Shown piece by piece: positions 8,335 through 18,109 of a stretch of DNA of 64,000 nucleotides. The DNA is from a virus. The position numbers and the translations under genes were made by a program. Each line of letters starts with the position of its first letter. Within the stretch, counting starts at the first letter, position 1. The notes under the pieces were generated by a model that ran no database searches, had not been told where the DNA came from, and saw only the letters and a list, made by a program, of their open reading frames with translations. Location: the IMG/VR virus record IMGVR_UViG_3300002835_000041, positions 54,982 through 118,981 of that record; one strand, 5' to 3'.

Positions 8335-8946
8335 CTATGGGATTGTAAACCAAATTGGCACGGTATATCTTACACCAGACAGGACTTCTTTTACTTCATG
8401 GGCATAGTACATATTTCCAGGGAACATAATGAGGTCACCAATCTTAGGCTTAATAGTAACATCGTGTGTTGCAAAACTTAGTTCCCCACCCTCATAGTCA
8501 TCATTAAGATATATAAGTGTAGGTAGGTGGTTGTCCGTTACCCATCCGAGATCGTCAACATGTAGGGCTAGTTTGGTACCCTTGTCCCATCTTGCAATGT
8601 TAAGATAGTCAAGATCTTTCTTCTTTATATTTTCATGGTTATATGCTTTTTTAACTTCATCTAAAACTCTACCGAATATGTTATATTTATCTATAACGCC
8701 CTGATAGTTGTGAATCCATGCAACAGGATTATCTTTGTCGTCTTTTTGAGAAACAAAACTAATTCTTCTAGTTTCTTGAATATGGCTAAGAAGATAGTCA
8801 ATCTCTTCAGAAGAAAGAAAATTTGGTATAACTTTTATGTTGTCTGCAGAATTGCCGATTTTTTGAAAAAATTCAAGATACGCTGGGGTTCTTTCGATTT
8901 CTCCTGGGTGGTTTCCCACTGCTTGATTGTTAACTATGTATGCCAT
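8335..8946 (-). CDS. 2OG-Fe(II) oxygenase, prolyl 4-hydroxylase-like
   Basis: HVD, YLNDDYEGGEL, HEV, RY; start set at ATG 8946 just below TATAAT. Confidence 0.9.
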   Translation of the reverse strand: MAYIVNNQAVGNHPGEIERTPAYLEFFQKIGNSADNIKVIPNFLSSEEIDYLLSHIQETRRISFVSQKDDKDNPVAWIHNYQGVIDKYNIFGRVLDEVKKAYNHENIKKKDLDYLNIARWDKGTKLALHVDDLGWVTDNHLPTLIYLNDDYEGGELSFATHDVTIKPKIGDLIMFPGNMYYAHEVKEVLSGVRYTVPIWFTIP

Positions 8947-9104
8947 ATAACCATTATACACTACGAAAAAATCTTTAAAGTTCGGCGCAAAATAGAAGTT
9001 ATAAACCTCTATATGCCCTATACGGGCACTATTGGTGAGTAGCCTTCATATGCCGAGCAAGGGAATCATGCCCAAAGATACCCCATCTAAGATCCCATTC
9101 CTTC

Positions 9105-9353
9105 TTACAAATTGGACAGACTATTATCCTCATCACTCTCCCAAATCATTAGACATCTTGTACAGGTAATCCCATGCTCTCTCATATACCAAGTATGGTC
9201 ACACCTAACAACATAATCCTTGCCCATACCCTTACGCTTTAGTTGTTGTCTGAACTTTCCATTAGGATCGTGAATGTGGCAAAAATGATTTGAGCCAGTT
9301 GTATTTGCAAAGCAGGTTTTGCCATTATTCTTTTTGGCATAACACTTTCTCAT
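9105..9353 (-). CDS. Cys/His-rich hypothetical protein
   Basis: C..C..CxxH and CxH..CxxC clusters. Confidence 0.55.
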   Translation of the reverse strand: MRKCYAKKNNGKTCFANTTGSNHFCHIHDPNGKFRQQLKRKGMGKDYVVRCDHTWYMREHGITCTRCLMIWESDEDNSLSNL

Positions 9354-9461
9354 TGGCGATGTCTTTTCTTATTACCATACCTAGCCTTAACCTCAGCCTT
9401 AGCCTGTTCTACAATGGCGTTCGTAATGTCTTCAACAGTAAACTCTTGATCGAAGGTTTCT

Positions 9462-9668
9462 TCAGTATCCACCTAGGCACTCATTTCTTGTATGGTATAG
9501 ACGAATCTTGGTCATAGTTTTTTTGTTCGGGGCACTGAGAGGTTCACCGCATGCAGCACACTCCATGTCCCATTCGCCAGAAAAGAAGTCATATCGTAAT
9601 CCTTTTGTGCGATTATATTTTTCTATACGAAATGCTGTAAATGGGTCAGGTATCTCCATATTGATCAT
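9462..9668 (-). CDS. hypothetical Zn-finger protein
   Basis: CAACG...H....C. Confidence 0.6.
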   Translation of the reverse strand: MINMEIPDPFTAFRIEKYNRTKGLRYDFFSGEWDMECAACGEPLSAPNKKTMTKIRLYHTRNECLGGY

Positions 9669-9699
9669 ATCTTAATTATAGCCTGGTTTGGCTGGTTTG

Positions 9700-10251
9700 T
9701 CAATGTATGGATTTATCTAGCATGGCATTATAAATGTCATATAGTTTGGATAGGTCTGTATCTTCTATATATTTTCTAATCATCTCATACTCTCTAACCT
9801 TCTTGCTAGATATCATATGGCCATGTTCAGCGTAGTCCTTAAGTCGACCAGACTCATAGCCCTCAGTGATGATCTCAACATCCATCTTAATGGCTATGGC
9901 CTTGATCGTTTCAACGGGGAAATTTATTAGTCTATCGTAATCTATTATAATATCAAATTGATCAATCATAGTCATATCATCTGTGCCAGTAAAGTACTTA
10001 GAGTAATCGTTTAGCCAAAGACTCCTTAAATTATTATTAACTAACTTGTCTAAAGTAGTACTTGAGGTATCGTAAAAGTATCTCATAGAAACCTCAGATG
10101 CCAGAAACTCTACTGGATCTCTGGCTATCGTTATCATTTTGTTATTTTGAAGAGTATGAAACCTTTCCACAAACAAACCAGTATGTTGTAGTATCCTGTC
10201 TTGAAGATAGTTTGAGCCAACTCTAGGCAGGGTAACTATCGAATAATCCAT
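9700..10251 (-). CDS. sulfotransferase-fold protein
   Basis: TLPRVGSNY, RFH, ARDPVEFLAS; paralogue of 5957-6532. Confidence 0.6.
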   Translation of the reverse strand: MDYSIVTLPRVGSNYLQDRILQHTGLFVERFHTLQNNKMITIARDPVEFLASEVSMRYFYDTSSTTLDKLVNNNLRSLWLNDYSKYFTGTDDMTMIDQFDIIIDYDRLINFPVETIKAIAIKMDVEIITEGYESGRLKDYAEHGHMISSKKVREYEMIRKYIEDTDLSKLYDIYNAMLDKSIH

Positions 10252-10297
10252 AAAACCATTCTAGCATATTCTGCGGGGGATAAAGTATAATAGACTA

Positions 10298-10612
10298 ATG
10301 ACCCTACTATATATACTCTATAGCCCTGTGTATAAGGCTGTCAAAATAGGGATATCTGATGTCTCAGGTAGAAGGTTTGCAAGCCATAGGACCAAGGGTT
10401 GGATATTGATTAAGTATTGGGCATTTTCCGAACGGGATAAAGCAAGAGCAATAGAATCCCTAGTAGTACAAACCCTTACTTCCAAGTATGGACATTTCCT
10501 GGATAAGGCGGATATGCCACAAGGGGGTTATACGGAGACATTTGATGCGTCGAAGATAACTCGAAAAGGTTTGATCCGTATGGTCAATAGGGCTATAAAG
10601 GATGTATCGTAA
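10298..10612 (+). CDS. GIY-YIG-like (T5orf172/MUG113-type) nuclease domain protein
   Basis: LYILY...VKIGIS...RR..SH...E..V...GYTETF. Confidence 0.7.
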   Translation: MTLLYILYSPVYKAVKIGISDVSGRRFASHRTKGWILIKYWAFSERDKARAIESLVVQTLTSKYGHFLDKADMPQGGYTETFDASKITRKGLIRMVNRAIKDVS

Positions 10613-10818
10613 TCTTTATTTACCCTGGCATTTTGGACACTTGGATGTAGGGTTTGAGGTTCCATAAGGTACTTGGAACATACCCCCACAGTCAAAGCAT
10701 AAGACATCTAACATTATCCAGTCATCCTTATCTGTTGTAGGTAGGCCATATAGTTAAGAAATATGAATAGGCCAAGCATGATGATTAGGAAAGGTTTCAT
10801 ACATAAAGTATATCAGAG

Positions 10819-10991
10819 TTATCCACAGGTTGGACAGTAGTATGGAGCATCAGGCTTATCTGGATCGATAGCCAATAGGTAGTAACATTGAGTGCATTTA
10901 ATGTCACTGAGTTCGTGTTCTGTTGTTGGGTCTGTTGTCATATGTTTAGTATATCATGGTTTTCAACAGAGTTATCCACAAGTTATCCACA
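10819..10991 (+). promoter_or_regulatory. DnaA-box cluster 1
   Basis: TTATCCACA at 10819, 10972, 10983; degenerate TTTTCAACA at 10960. Confidence 0.7.
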
Positions 10992-11312
10992 GATTAATCT
11001 TACTGATAATATTATTAGACACTCTAGAAGTGGAGCATTGTGGAGGATAGTGGAGTAGGGAGCGCTTTTAACGATGCGTTCGTAATCTTTTTTTGGAGAG
11101 AGGGGCCTTATCACAAAACCTTCATATTGTCAAACCTCAAACCTTCCTATCCCGCTGCGGATGATATCACAGATATAATGGTTTGTCAAGTCCTTTCAAA
11201 CCTTAAAACCCCATAAAAAAATCTCCCAAAACCAGGGAGAAATTGTCGATAATCGTAATGTTTTTTTAACAAACCTTTATGTTATTTAAAGAAACCAGGA
11301 GATAATGGTTTG

Positions 11313-11558
11313 TTATTCTATAGGGGTTTGTTCTTGTATGGTTTGCTCTTGATCCCCTGGGATTTCGCCTTCGGCGAAGCGGCCTGTGGCCTGCTCAATT
11401 TCACGGGCCTGCAAAAATTCGGGGGTAAATGTAAAGAATCTATTCAAACCTATAGCATGTGTAACAGTAACAAATGAGTTCCACATGTTATCTGAGAAAG
11501 CCTGATATTGTTTAGGATCTCTTTTGGCATATTCTGCAAAGTGATGTTTAGGGCTCAT
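11313..11558 (-). CDS. hypothetical protein
   Basis: ORF track; start moved to MSPKHH below TATAAT. Confidence 0.5.
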   Translation of the reverse strand: MSPKHHFAEYAKRDPKQYQAFSDNMWNSFVTVTHAIGLNRFFTFTPEFLQAREIEQATGRFAEGEIPGDQEQTIQEQTPIE

Positions 11559-11587
11559 ATATTTATTATAACACCATATAAAAGGGT

Positions 11588-11616
11588 TTGACAAACCTTA
11601 CAAACTATGGTATAAG
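11588..11616 (+). promoter_or_regulatory. sigmaA-type promoter with no downstream ORF
   Basis: TTGACA-17-TATAAG with TG extension; -35 lies within palindrome GGTTTGACAAACC. Confidence 0.55.
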
Positions 11617-11744
11617 TTCAGCAGGGGGAAAGATTTGAAGGTTCGTAATGTCCTGGTTTGGGGATATAAAGGTTTGGATCGTAATAAGGTTTGGTGGTTT
11701 GACAATTTGATAAAAGTATGGCACGTGCCCTTTCGGGTCACTGA

Positions 11745-12005
11745 TTATTCGTCAACAAAAATATCTTCAAGTCGTGCGTAGCCTTCGTCTTGAATTCCCA
11801 AACCTTCAATAAACAAATCCCAAGTTTCGTTGATGTATTGTTCTAGTGTTGGTGTGTGATTAATTATTCCTTCAGCAAAACCAAAAGCAAGTGGCAAACC
11901 TAAATCGTTATACTCCATAAAATCTGACCACTCGTCATCCTTTTTAAAATTAACCCATAGTTGTCCAAGGATTAAAGCCTTGCTATCAAAATCCGTTGTT
12001 GGCAT
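11745..12005 (-). CDS. acidic hypothetical protein
   Basis: ORF track; GGAAGGA SD. Confidence 0.7.
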   Translation of the reverse strand: MPTTDFDSKALILGQLWVNFKKDDEWSDFMEYNDLGLPLAFGFAEGIINHTPTLEQYINETWDLFIEGLGIQDEGYARLEDIFVDE

Positions 12006-12219
12006 AATTTGTTCCTTCCTTAGTTTCTTTGGCTGACTCTGCTATTACCTGTAATCGATTATACACTACATAGGGCTGAGATTTTGCTAAGTATTCCCCG
12101 ACCAATTCCAAATCAACTCTGAGGTCAGCAATAATGTTGCCCATTTTATTGGCAATCTTTTCCTCATCTGTAATTCGTCTGCTTATACGCATAGTTCTCC
12201 CTTGTATCCATTGTATCAA
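11986..12219 (-). CDS. hypothetical protein (start probably 12192)
   Basis: ORF track; GGGAGA SD before MRISRR. Confidence 0.65.
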   Translation of the reverse strand: MIQWIQGRTMRISRRITDEEKIANKMGNIIADLRVDLELVGEYLAKSQPYVVYNRLQVIAESAKETKEGTNYANNGF

Positions 12220-12285
12220 AAAGTGGGGGAAAGAGCAAGCCCCACGCCTGCCCCTTCCACCCGATTAATCTAGGTGACCCAATAC

Positions 12286-12660
12286 CTAGATTTGCTCAAC
12301 TAAATCTGCAACACCACTGCGGGTTGGCCGATAGGCCTCAACAAATTTATCAAAGGGCACAGAGACATTATCAGTAACAGTCTTAGTAACAAAGTCGACT
12401 AGGACCGTTTTCTCACCTAGGTCCAGGCCATCATTGTCAATTGCATATATACCAAATCCGTGCTCATCCAATACTGAACCATTAATAAGATAACTTATGA
12501 TCATCCGTGTTCCATATGCTGAATCAAACCATCTAGGCTTTGAATGCTGCAGCGCCATTGCTAGGTCCCGCTGCCATTCGGTCTCGCCCCAATGACTATA
12601 GAGAACTACCCTAGGGCCCTTCTCACTGTCTTGAAATACATAGTTAATCCGTGCTCCCAT
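12286..12660 (-). CDS. conserved phage hypothetical protein
   Basis: MGAR...LYSHWG...YGTRMII motif. Confidence 0.7.
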   Translation of the reverse strand: MGARINYVFQDSEKGPRVVLYSHWGETEWQRDLAMALQHSKPRWFDSAYGTRMIISYLINGSVLDEHGFGIYAIDNDGLDLGEKTVLVDFVTKTVTDNVSVPFDKFVEAYRPTRSGVADLVEQI

Positions 12661-12998
12661 TAGTCTTGCTCCTCATCTAGGTCGCCCTCAAAGTCAATGA
12701 CAACCTTAGATACACGGCCATCATCATTTAACTGAATATACACAGGGTAGTATCCGTCACCATAGCCCGTATTAAATACAATTGCTTTACCAATGCCTAG
12801 TTCTCCAGCATTATTGGCAAGCGTTGTAGCACTGGCACCCTGATAAGAGTATTCATACATCTTGCCTTCTAGGTCCCATTCCTCGCCTTCGTTAGTATTC
12901 CAGCCGTCAAGGTAGCAAGGGTCTCCCACCATTGCTTGACCGCTGTCCACAGCGAAGGAGCCTACTAATCTTAGTTCATCTATTACTATTTGTGTCAT
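12660..12998 (-). CDS. DUF4241-like protein
   Basis: VDSGQAMVGDPCY...F.TGYGDGYYPVY. Confidence 0.7.
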   Translation of the reverse strand: MTQIVIDELRLVGSFAVDSGQAMVGDPCYLDGWNTNEGEEWDLEGKMYEYSYQGASATTLANNAGELGIGKAIVFNTGYGDGYYPVYIQLNDDGRVSKVVIDFEGDLDEEQD

Positions 12999-13429
12999 TT
13001 TGTTTCCAATCCTACTAGGGTCATTTCTTCAAGTGTAGCACACTGAGGGCATTTTGGCAAGTCTGCCTCATCAAAGGCATCTCTAACAGTATTATCAGGG
13101 TCCTCAAACTCTGCTCCACAGTTCTCACAGTAGAACCAGTTATAACTAACTCTGATTTGAATTGTTGTGTTGGGTGGGCAAGGAACTTCAGTAATGAAGT
13201 ATCCTAGTCTATTTACAAATCCCCAGCCGCTCCAGATATATGAGCCACCATCGTCGCCATCACCATACATCCAGATACGGTCCTCTGGCTGCTCTTTAAC
13301 AAAGGCAACCTCATCGCCATAGGTTTCAAACATCTCACCATTAAAGGAGGCGTTAGTATCTATATGATTTTTGATTGGCTTGTATGTGTCACACCAGTCA
13401 TCAAAGTCCATTTCAATAAAGTTATCCAC
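12995..13429 (-). CDS. hypothetical protein with C-terminal Zn ribbon
   Basis: G.GFVNRLGYFITE; CENC...CPQC. Confidence 0.7.
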   Translation of the reverse strand: MDNFIEMDFDDWCDTYKPIKNHIDTNASFNGEMFETYGDEVAFVKEQPEDRIWMYGDGDDGGSYIWSGWGFVNRLGYFITEVPCPPNTTIQIRVSYNWFYCENCGAEFEDPDNTVRDAFDEADLPKCPQCATLEEMTLVGLETK

Positions 13430-13700
13430 GGCTCTTTATCCTATCTGCAATAGCAAAGGCTAAAGCATATGTTAGATTATATACTTCCACATAAGCGTCA
13501 AGCCTTCCTTCTGCTCGTGTGCGGTCCATAGAAAGCATTGCGTCAGAGTAGCCACCCTCACGCTCTTCCTTTTCAATCTCAAGGTATTCAGTCTCAGCCT
13601 CAAGCATTAGGTTCTTAAGTTCTCCGTGTAGGATATCAGTTCCTGATACTCCCATATTAACTGCTAGTTGTAGTCGTGGGTCTAGTTGTGTGGTTTCCAT
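13422..13700 (-). CDS. hypothetical protein
   Basis: ORF track; tight gene packing. Confidence 0.65.
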   Translation of the reverse strand: METTQLDPRLQLAVNMGVSGTDILHGELKNLMLEAETEYLEIEKEEREGGYSDAMLSMDRTRAEGRLDAYVEVYNLTYALAFAIADRIKSRG

Positions 13701-13702
13701 AG

Positions 13703-13909
13703 TTATATTCTACCCTCTAGCACTGACAAGAAATGGCGGGTAGCAATAAGTTCACCTGTATTATGCATGTCATCAATCTCTAGGTCACGATACTCATCAG
13801 AGTCATAGTCACCCTCAAATGTGTCCATTAGGTTTTGTAGTTTGTCTGCATCCTGCAAAAGGCTAATCTCATGCAGGCGTATATATTCTTTGAATGTATT
13901 TAGGTCCAT
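13703..13909 (-). CDS. hypothetical protein
   Basis: ORF track; tight gene packing. Confidence 0.6.
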   Translation of the reverse strand: MDLNTFKEYIRLHEISLLQDADKLQNLMDTFEGDYDSDEYRDLEIDDMHNTGELIATRHFLSVLEGRI

Positions 13910-13910
13910 A

Positions 13911-14153
13911 CTATAAAGTATACGGGTTTGAGTTGATTTTTACAACTTCACGGGGTGTGACCTTGCTCACATCTGTAATGATCGGAGCATAGGCTTCTTC
14001 ATAACTAATATAGTTTAGCATCCTACCACAAGGGCATTTCATTTCCACTACCCCCAGGGGGAAGCCAAAGTCATCCCTAGCGGTAAATTCAACAAGAGCA
14101 TCACACTCATCAGGATCGCAAACAAATGTATACTTACTCCACATTGTGAACAT
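13911..14153 (-). CDS. hypothetical protein (CxxxxC, CxC)
   Basis: ORF track; SD from AAAGGAG. Confidence 0.6.
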   Translation of the reverse strand: MFTMWSKYTFVCDPDECDALVEFTARDDFGFPLGVVEMKCPCGRMLNYISYEEAYAPIITDVSKVTPREVVKINSNPYTL

Positions 14154-14322
14154 ACTCCTTTGCCCATTCAGGCGCTTCGCCTTCTACCCAATCTAATTTA
14201 ACATCAAAGTCTCCACCGCCACCTTCAGGCCAGCCAGTTGTTACTACTAACTCTGTGCCGTCTTCAAAGAAGATTTGCTCAACAATGGTGCGGTATGTAA
14301 TTTCACGGGATTGAATGTTCAT
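14134..14322 (-). CDS. hypothetical protein
   Basis: ORF track. Confidence 0.55.
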   Translation of the reverse strand: MNIQSREITYRTIVEQIFFEDGTELVVTTGWPEGGGGDFDVKLDWVEGEAPEWAKEYVHNVE

Positions 14323-14528
14323 TAGTCCTCTATATATTCTACTGATACTTGGTGGATTACTTCATCATACTTAACAAGGGTATCAATGTCCTCAACAAAA
14401 CGAGCAATAAGATAATCAACCTTATCCTCAGTGCTCATATCAGGTGGACCATAGAGTTCAAACCCTATATCATTAGACATTGCTTCATCAATATCTACAA
14501 TCTGTTCAATGGCTATTTTAACTTTCAT
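14322..14528 (-). CDS. hypothetical protein
   Basis: ORF track. Confidence 0.55.
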   Translation of the reverse strand: MKVKIAIEQIVDIDEAMSNDIGFELYGPPDMSTEDKVDYLIARFVEDIDTLVKYDEVIHQVSVEYIED

Positions 14529-14723
14529 TTGCTATTTGCTCCAGCCTCGTATGCAACCTTGTAAATCTCTACAAGTCTTAGGTATGTTCCTTTGACTGCA
14601 TCATCCTCATTAGACATAGAGGCCTCAAAGTATACGATTTGGTCTGCTTGGTCTTGCAGTTCTTCTTTATGCTCTTTCGATATCTTGATTTTCATTTGGG
14701 TCCTTTGTTTGGGTTATATATTA

Positions 14724-14746
14724 ATTATAGCGGAGACCACTGACAA
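14724..14746 (-). promoter_or_regulatory. promoter with TTGTCAG box 11 bp upstream of -10
   Basis: TTGTCA-11-TATAAT; same geometry at 16884, 17544, 18105, 22066, 23228, 24518. Confidence 0.6.
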
Positions 14747-15057
14747 ATTAGAAATATCCTTCTGCCATTAGTCCTTCAAGGAAGTCTTTGGTTTTCCACA
14801 GGGTATTGTGTAGCCAAGGATCTTGATCAGGATTAACATTAATCATAAGTGATTGAACACCCAAGATCATATCTAGTGCATCTACTTCTTCATATCCCAC
14901 TAGTGGCATTATCCTACCTCTATCCCAGCATACTTAGCCATAGTATTAAGAGTGATGTGGATGTGACAGTCACAATCCTCTCCCCCCATATTTTCATCAA
15001 ACTCTAGGTGAGAGAAATTGTCCTCATAAATCTCATTGATTAGTTCGTCTATGGTGT

Positions 15058-15300
15058 TCATTTTGTGTGCCACTCCCCTAGTTCAGGTAGGAATACATTT
15101 TCTTCTATATCCCATTGGGCATCGTCCCAACTAAGTTCATCAGACATTACCTTGGCAATCTCGTCTATGAAGGTTTGCATAACGGCTTCTGCGTGGTGTC
15201 TATTCTTAGCCTTGATATTTGTAATAGAGATAGCAAGATCACAAGAATAGTAATCTGCATACATTGTTGGGTCTTCCATTGTTTCTGTTTCTAGGGTCAT
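15058..15300 (-). CDS. acidic hypothetical protein
   Basis: ORF track. Confidence 0.6.
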   Translation of the reverse strand: MTLETETMEDPTMYADYYSCDLAISITNIKAKNRHHAEAVMQTFIDEIAKVMSDELSWDDAQWDIEENVFLPELGEWHTK

Positions 15301-15515
15301 ACATATTCCTTTTCGTAGGCTTGGTGTGAGGTTACTACTAATTCTAGCATTTCGGCAGGGTATCTGTCAAGCACCCAATTAAGGGCCTCTCCAGCAGTCT
15401 TAAAGTCAGAGGCGGTAGTGCTCTCCCCATAACCTTGAATGGTTGCTTCCCAGCAGTCAATACCACCAGGTGAGACGGAGTAGTTCATTTCATATATTGC
15501 CACTTGTTTGGTCAT
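15297..15515 (-). CDS. hypothetical protein
   Basis: ORF track; promoter TTGACA-17-GATAAT at 15522-15550. Confidence 0.65.
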   Translation of the reverse strand: MTKQVAIYEMNYSVSPGGIDCWEATIQGYGESTTASDFKTAGEALNWVLDRYPAEMLELVVTSHQAYEKEYV

Positions 15516-15555
15516 ATATTAATTATCGCATAATCTAGGGAAAATGTCAACTCTA

Positions 15556-15630
15556 TCGTAAAGATTTTTTGGTTTGACATTTTGGGGGATCTTTTATAGT
15601 CTTCGTAAAGATTTTTTAATTTGACATTTT
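15556..15630 (+). repeat. 28-bp direct repeat, two copies
   Basis: TCGTAAAGATTTTTT(GG/AA)TTTGACATTTT at 15556 and 15603. Confidence 0.85.
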
Positions 15631-15698
15631 TATGTCCGATTTGTCTGGTTTGGGGCACGTGCAATTTTTATGCATTGCAGTGCATATTTATTTACTTG

Positions 15699-15772
15699 CG
15701 ATCCGTACGGGACTTGAACCCGTGACCTCTACCGTGACAGGGTAGCGAACTAACCAACTATTCTAACGGACC
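15699..15772 (-). tRNA. tRNA-Asp (GUC)
   Basis: Cloverleaf, CTGTCAC loop, GTTCAAGTC T-loop. Confidence 0.92.
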
Positions 15773-15813
15773 TAATGGTGAGCAGTTTTAATTCTTGCTC
15801 AGGAATTTTTTTG

Positions 15814-16836
15814 TTATGCTAAAGACATAACATTCTGAACTACTTTTAGCAAACGATTTTTTTCTGCGTTGATAGCAGGGTCAAATCCTGATGCTGATGC
15901 GAGAATGGATTCGTTATTGCCACCACGAGCAGAACGATACCAGTCAAGTCGCTCAGTTAGCGCATTGAACGCACCCCAAGCATTACCAGCAATCATACCA
16001 TTAAATTCACCAGTGTAAATATCGTTAATCATATCTACCTTGTTTTCCCATTTCTTGCTTGAACCCTTAGCATCTTTTTCAGGCTTTGGGTAAGCAGCAA
16101 GAATGATTTTGTTAAAGTCAATGGCGCTAACTTCTTTTTCAATCATAGCCTTAGCCATAATATCAAATTCGTCCATATAAGCATTAGCAAGACCAAGAGT
16201 TTCACGAGCAATCTGAACTTTGCCGTTAGCGGTCTGAGTGTGGCGAATCTTGAAAGATTGCTTGATGCCCTTATTCTTCTTACGACCTACGCCACCAAGC
16301 GCAAGGTTAAGAGTGTTAGCGCATACGACACGAACTGGCGTGATGCTTGCTTGAATAGCGATTGAACCATCGTGTGATGTGTTGATGAGCAAATAAGTTT
16401 TTACCTTATCTGATACACCATTAGGGTCAAGAATTGTTTCACGCTCTAGTGCTAAAGCACCGAACACGACACGACCACCCTTGATTGAACCAGCGGTTTC
16501 CCAACGACCACCGCCGTCTAGGATATTATCACCGAATGAAAACAAATCTTCATTTTGTAGTGGGTGATAACGCTCACCAACAATTCCAAGAACATCTGTC
16601 TGAGAGTTATCTGTTGGGTTAGTGCGTAGGACATACTGATATGCCTTATCGCTTGTGAGATGTGTAGGGGTTTCCAAATCTTCTAGGCGAACATTCCACC
16701 CATTTAGATTTGCTGCTTGTAGCATTTCTGCCGTTGTTTTTTCTTCTGTAAAGACTGTTCCCAATCCGTGCCAAGCAGGTTCTCTGAATGATGCGAATGA
16801 GGTTTTGCCATTTTGCGTTTCTAAGTCGTGAGCCAC
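15814..16836 (-). CDS. DUF932 / TIGR03299 phage-plasmid-like protein
   Basis: MAHDLE...REPAWHGLG, GRWETAGSIKGGR, SHDGS, TPVRVVCANTL, IRHT. Confidence 0.9.
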   Translation of the reverse strand: MAHDLETQNGKTSFASFREPAWHGLGTVFTEEKTTAEMLQAANLNGWNVRLEDLETPTHLTSDKAYQYVLRTNPTDNSQTDVLGIVGERYHPLQNEDLFSFGDNILDGGGRWETAGSIKGGRVVFGALALERETILDPNGVSDKVKTYLLINTSHDGSIAIQASITPVRVVCANTLNLALGGVGRKKNKGIKQSFKIRHTQTANGKVQIARETLGLANAYMDEFDIMAKAMIEKEVSAIDFNKIILAAYPKPEKDAKGSSKKWENKVDMINDIYTGEFNGMIAGNAWGAFNALTERLDWYRSARGGNNESILASASGFDPAINAEKNRLLKVVQNVMSLA

Positions 16837-16937
16837 GATTTCCTTCTTTCTGTTGTTGATAATCTAATCATACACCCACCCACCGACAAAAGTCAAATCG
16901 TATAAGTAATCAGGGGACAAATGGGGCATTTCGTAAC

Positions 16938-17041
16938 TGTGTCGTAATTCACAATGTGATCTTCGCCATGTGGATAACCTGTGGATAAACCCCACGTGCA
17001 AAATTTTATAAAAAAGAGAGCAGTTTTAAAACTTGCTCAGG
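16938..17041. promoter_or_regulatory. regulatory cassette: CRP-like box, DnaA-box pair, CCACGTGC, conserved hairpin
   Basis: TGTGT-N6-TCACA 16938; TGTGGATAA 16969 and 16980; CCACGTGC 16992; hairpin 17018-17041. Confidence 0.7.
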
Positions 17042-17061
17042 TTTTTATTAGTAGCCCCCTA

Positions 17062-17493
17062 CTAAATATCTATTCTATCAATTGAGGATGATAGATAAGA
17101 AATGTTGTCTGAGTTATAATCGACGGTATCGAAATCAATATCGTGAATTGCATTCTGTGCATCCTCTTCAGTGCGAGCATTAACAGTAACAGAATACATA
17201 ACTGTAACTTCAACTTCGAATTCTTTTGTTAATTCAAAGCCCATAATTTCTGCAATTGATTCTGCTTGAGACTCAGAGATATCTTCACTCTCTAATTCAC
17301 TAAGGGTCCACTCTTGCATTGATTCAACCATACGGTTGCGTTCTGCAGAGTCTGCATATGAGCGCTGAGTTACTTTTTGAATGTGCTCCTCTAATTGAGT
17401 TACACGCAATGTTGCCTTGGCTAAAGAATCACGAAGAAACTCTTCTGTTGCATTGACTGTGCTTGCTAGTGTTGATATATCTTGCTGGTCCAT
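17062..17493 (-). CDS. hypothetical protein, N-terminal coiled coil
   Basis: ORF track; AAAGAGG SD. Confidence 0.7.
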   Translation of the reverse strand: MDQQDISTLASTVNATEEFLRDSLAKATLRVTQLEEHIQKVTQRSYADSAERNRMVESMQEWTLSELESEDISESQAESIAEIMGFELTKEFEVEVTVMYSVTVNARTEEDAQNAIHDIDFDTVDYNSDNISYLSSSIDRIDI

Positions 17494-17556
17494 TGGGGGC
17501 CTCTTTCTGTTTGTTGGTTTATATTAATTATACTGTAAGGCACTGACAATTGTCAA

Positions 17557-18054
17557 CTACCAAGATGAGCAATAAGAAAATGAAAGTCGATCAATTTCTG
17601 GTAGCGCAAATATACGCTCTAATTGATTAATAGTATTAGTAAGGTCCTTCCAATACCATTCATCAATATCTGTGCTCCCAAAGAAAAATCCTTCTTGTGG
17701 TGGGAACAGGCTAGGGTCTTTTGTTTCTAATGCGTGTTTACATAAAGCAAGCAACTCTATTAGTTTATCTTGTGAAACATAGTAACTACCACAGTCATCA
17801 ATACCGTTCTGAATATTCTTTACGAACCAAGCGTGTATCTGATTAGCCTTGCGCCAATAAGCACAAGTAACTTCTACGCTTGCTCCATAGATATCTGTAG
17901 CGACATCTGTTAGTTGAGTTATTTCCATTAAGTCATTGAACTTAGGGTATACGGCTTCGGGTGAGTCATAAGATAGTTCATCATTTGACTGTAGTGCTTT
18001 CCAGTTAATTTTTTCTAAATGCTTTTTAGCACTAAGATACATATCTAGTCCCAT
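17557..18054 (-). CDS. conserved phage hypothetical protein (MGLDMY/YWRKAN family)
   Basis: MGLDMYL, YWRKANQIHAWF, GFFFGS. Confidence 0.8.
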   Translation of the reverse strand: MGLDMYLSAKKHLEKINWKALQSNDELSYDSPEAVYPKFNDLMEITQLTDVATDIYGASVEVTCAYWRKANQIHAWFVKNIQNGIDDCGSYYVSQDKLIELLALCKHALETKDPSLFPPQEGFFFGSTDIDEWYWKDLTNTINQLERIFALPEIDRLSFSYCSSW

Positions 18055-18109
18055 TGGGGGCTTCCTTCTTTCTGTTTGTTTCTTTTAATTATACTATAGG
18101 GGTCTGACA

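Noticed and set aside
13422-13430. TTATCCACG as a DnaA box
   Set aside because: One mismatch and it is simply the GTG-GAT-AAC start of the 12995-13429 ORF
15556-15630. 28-bp repeat as a CRISPR mini-array
   Set aside because: Only two units, 19-bp spacer, contains a -35 hexamer, no cas genes in window
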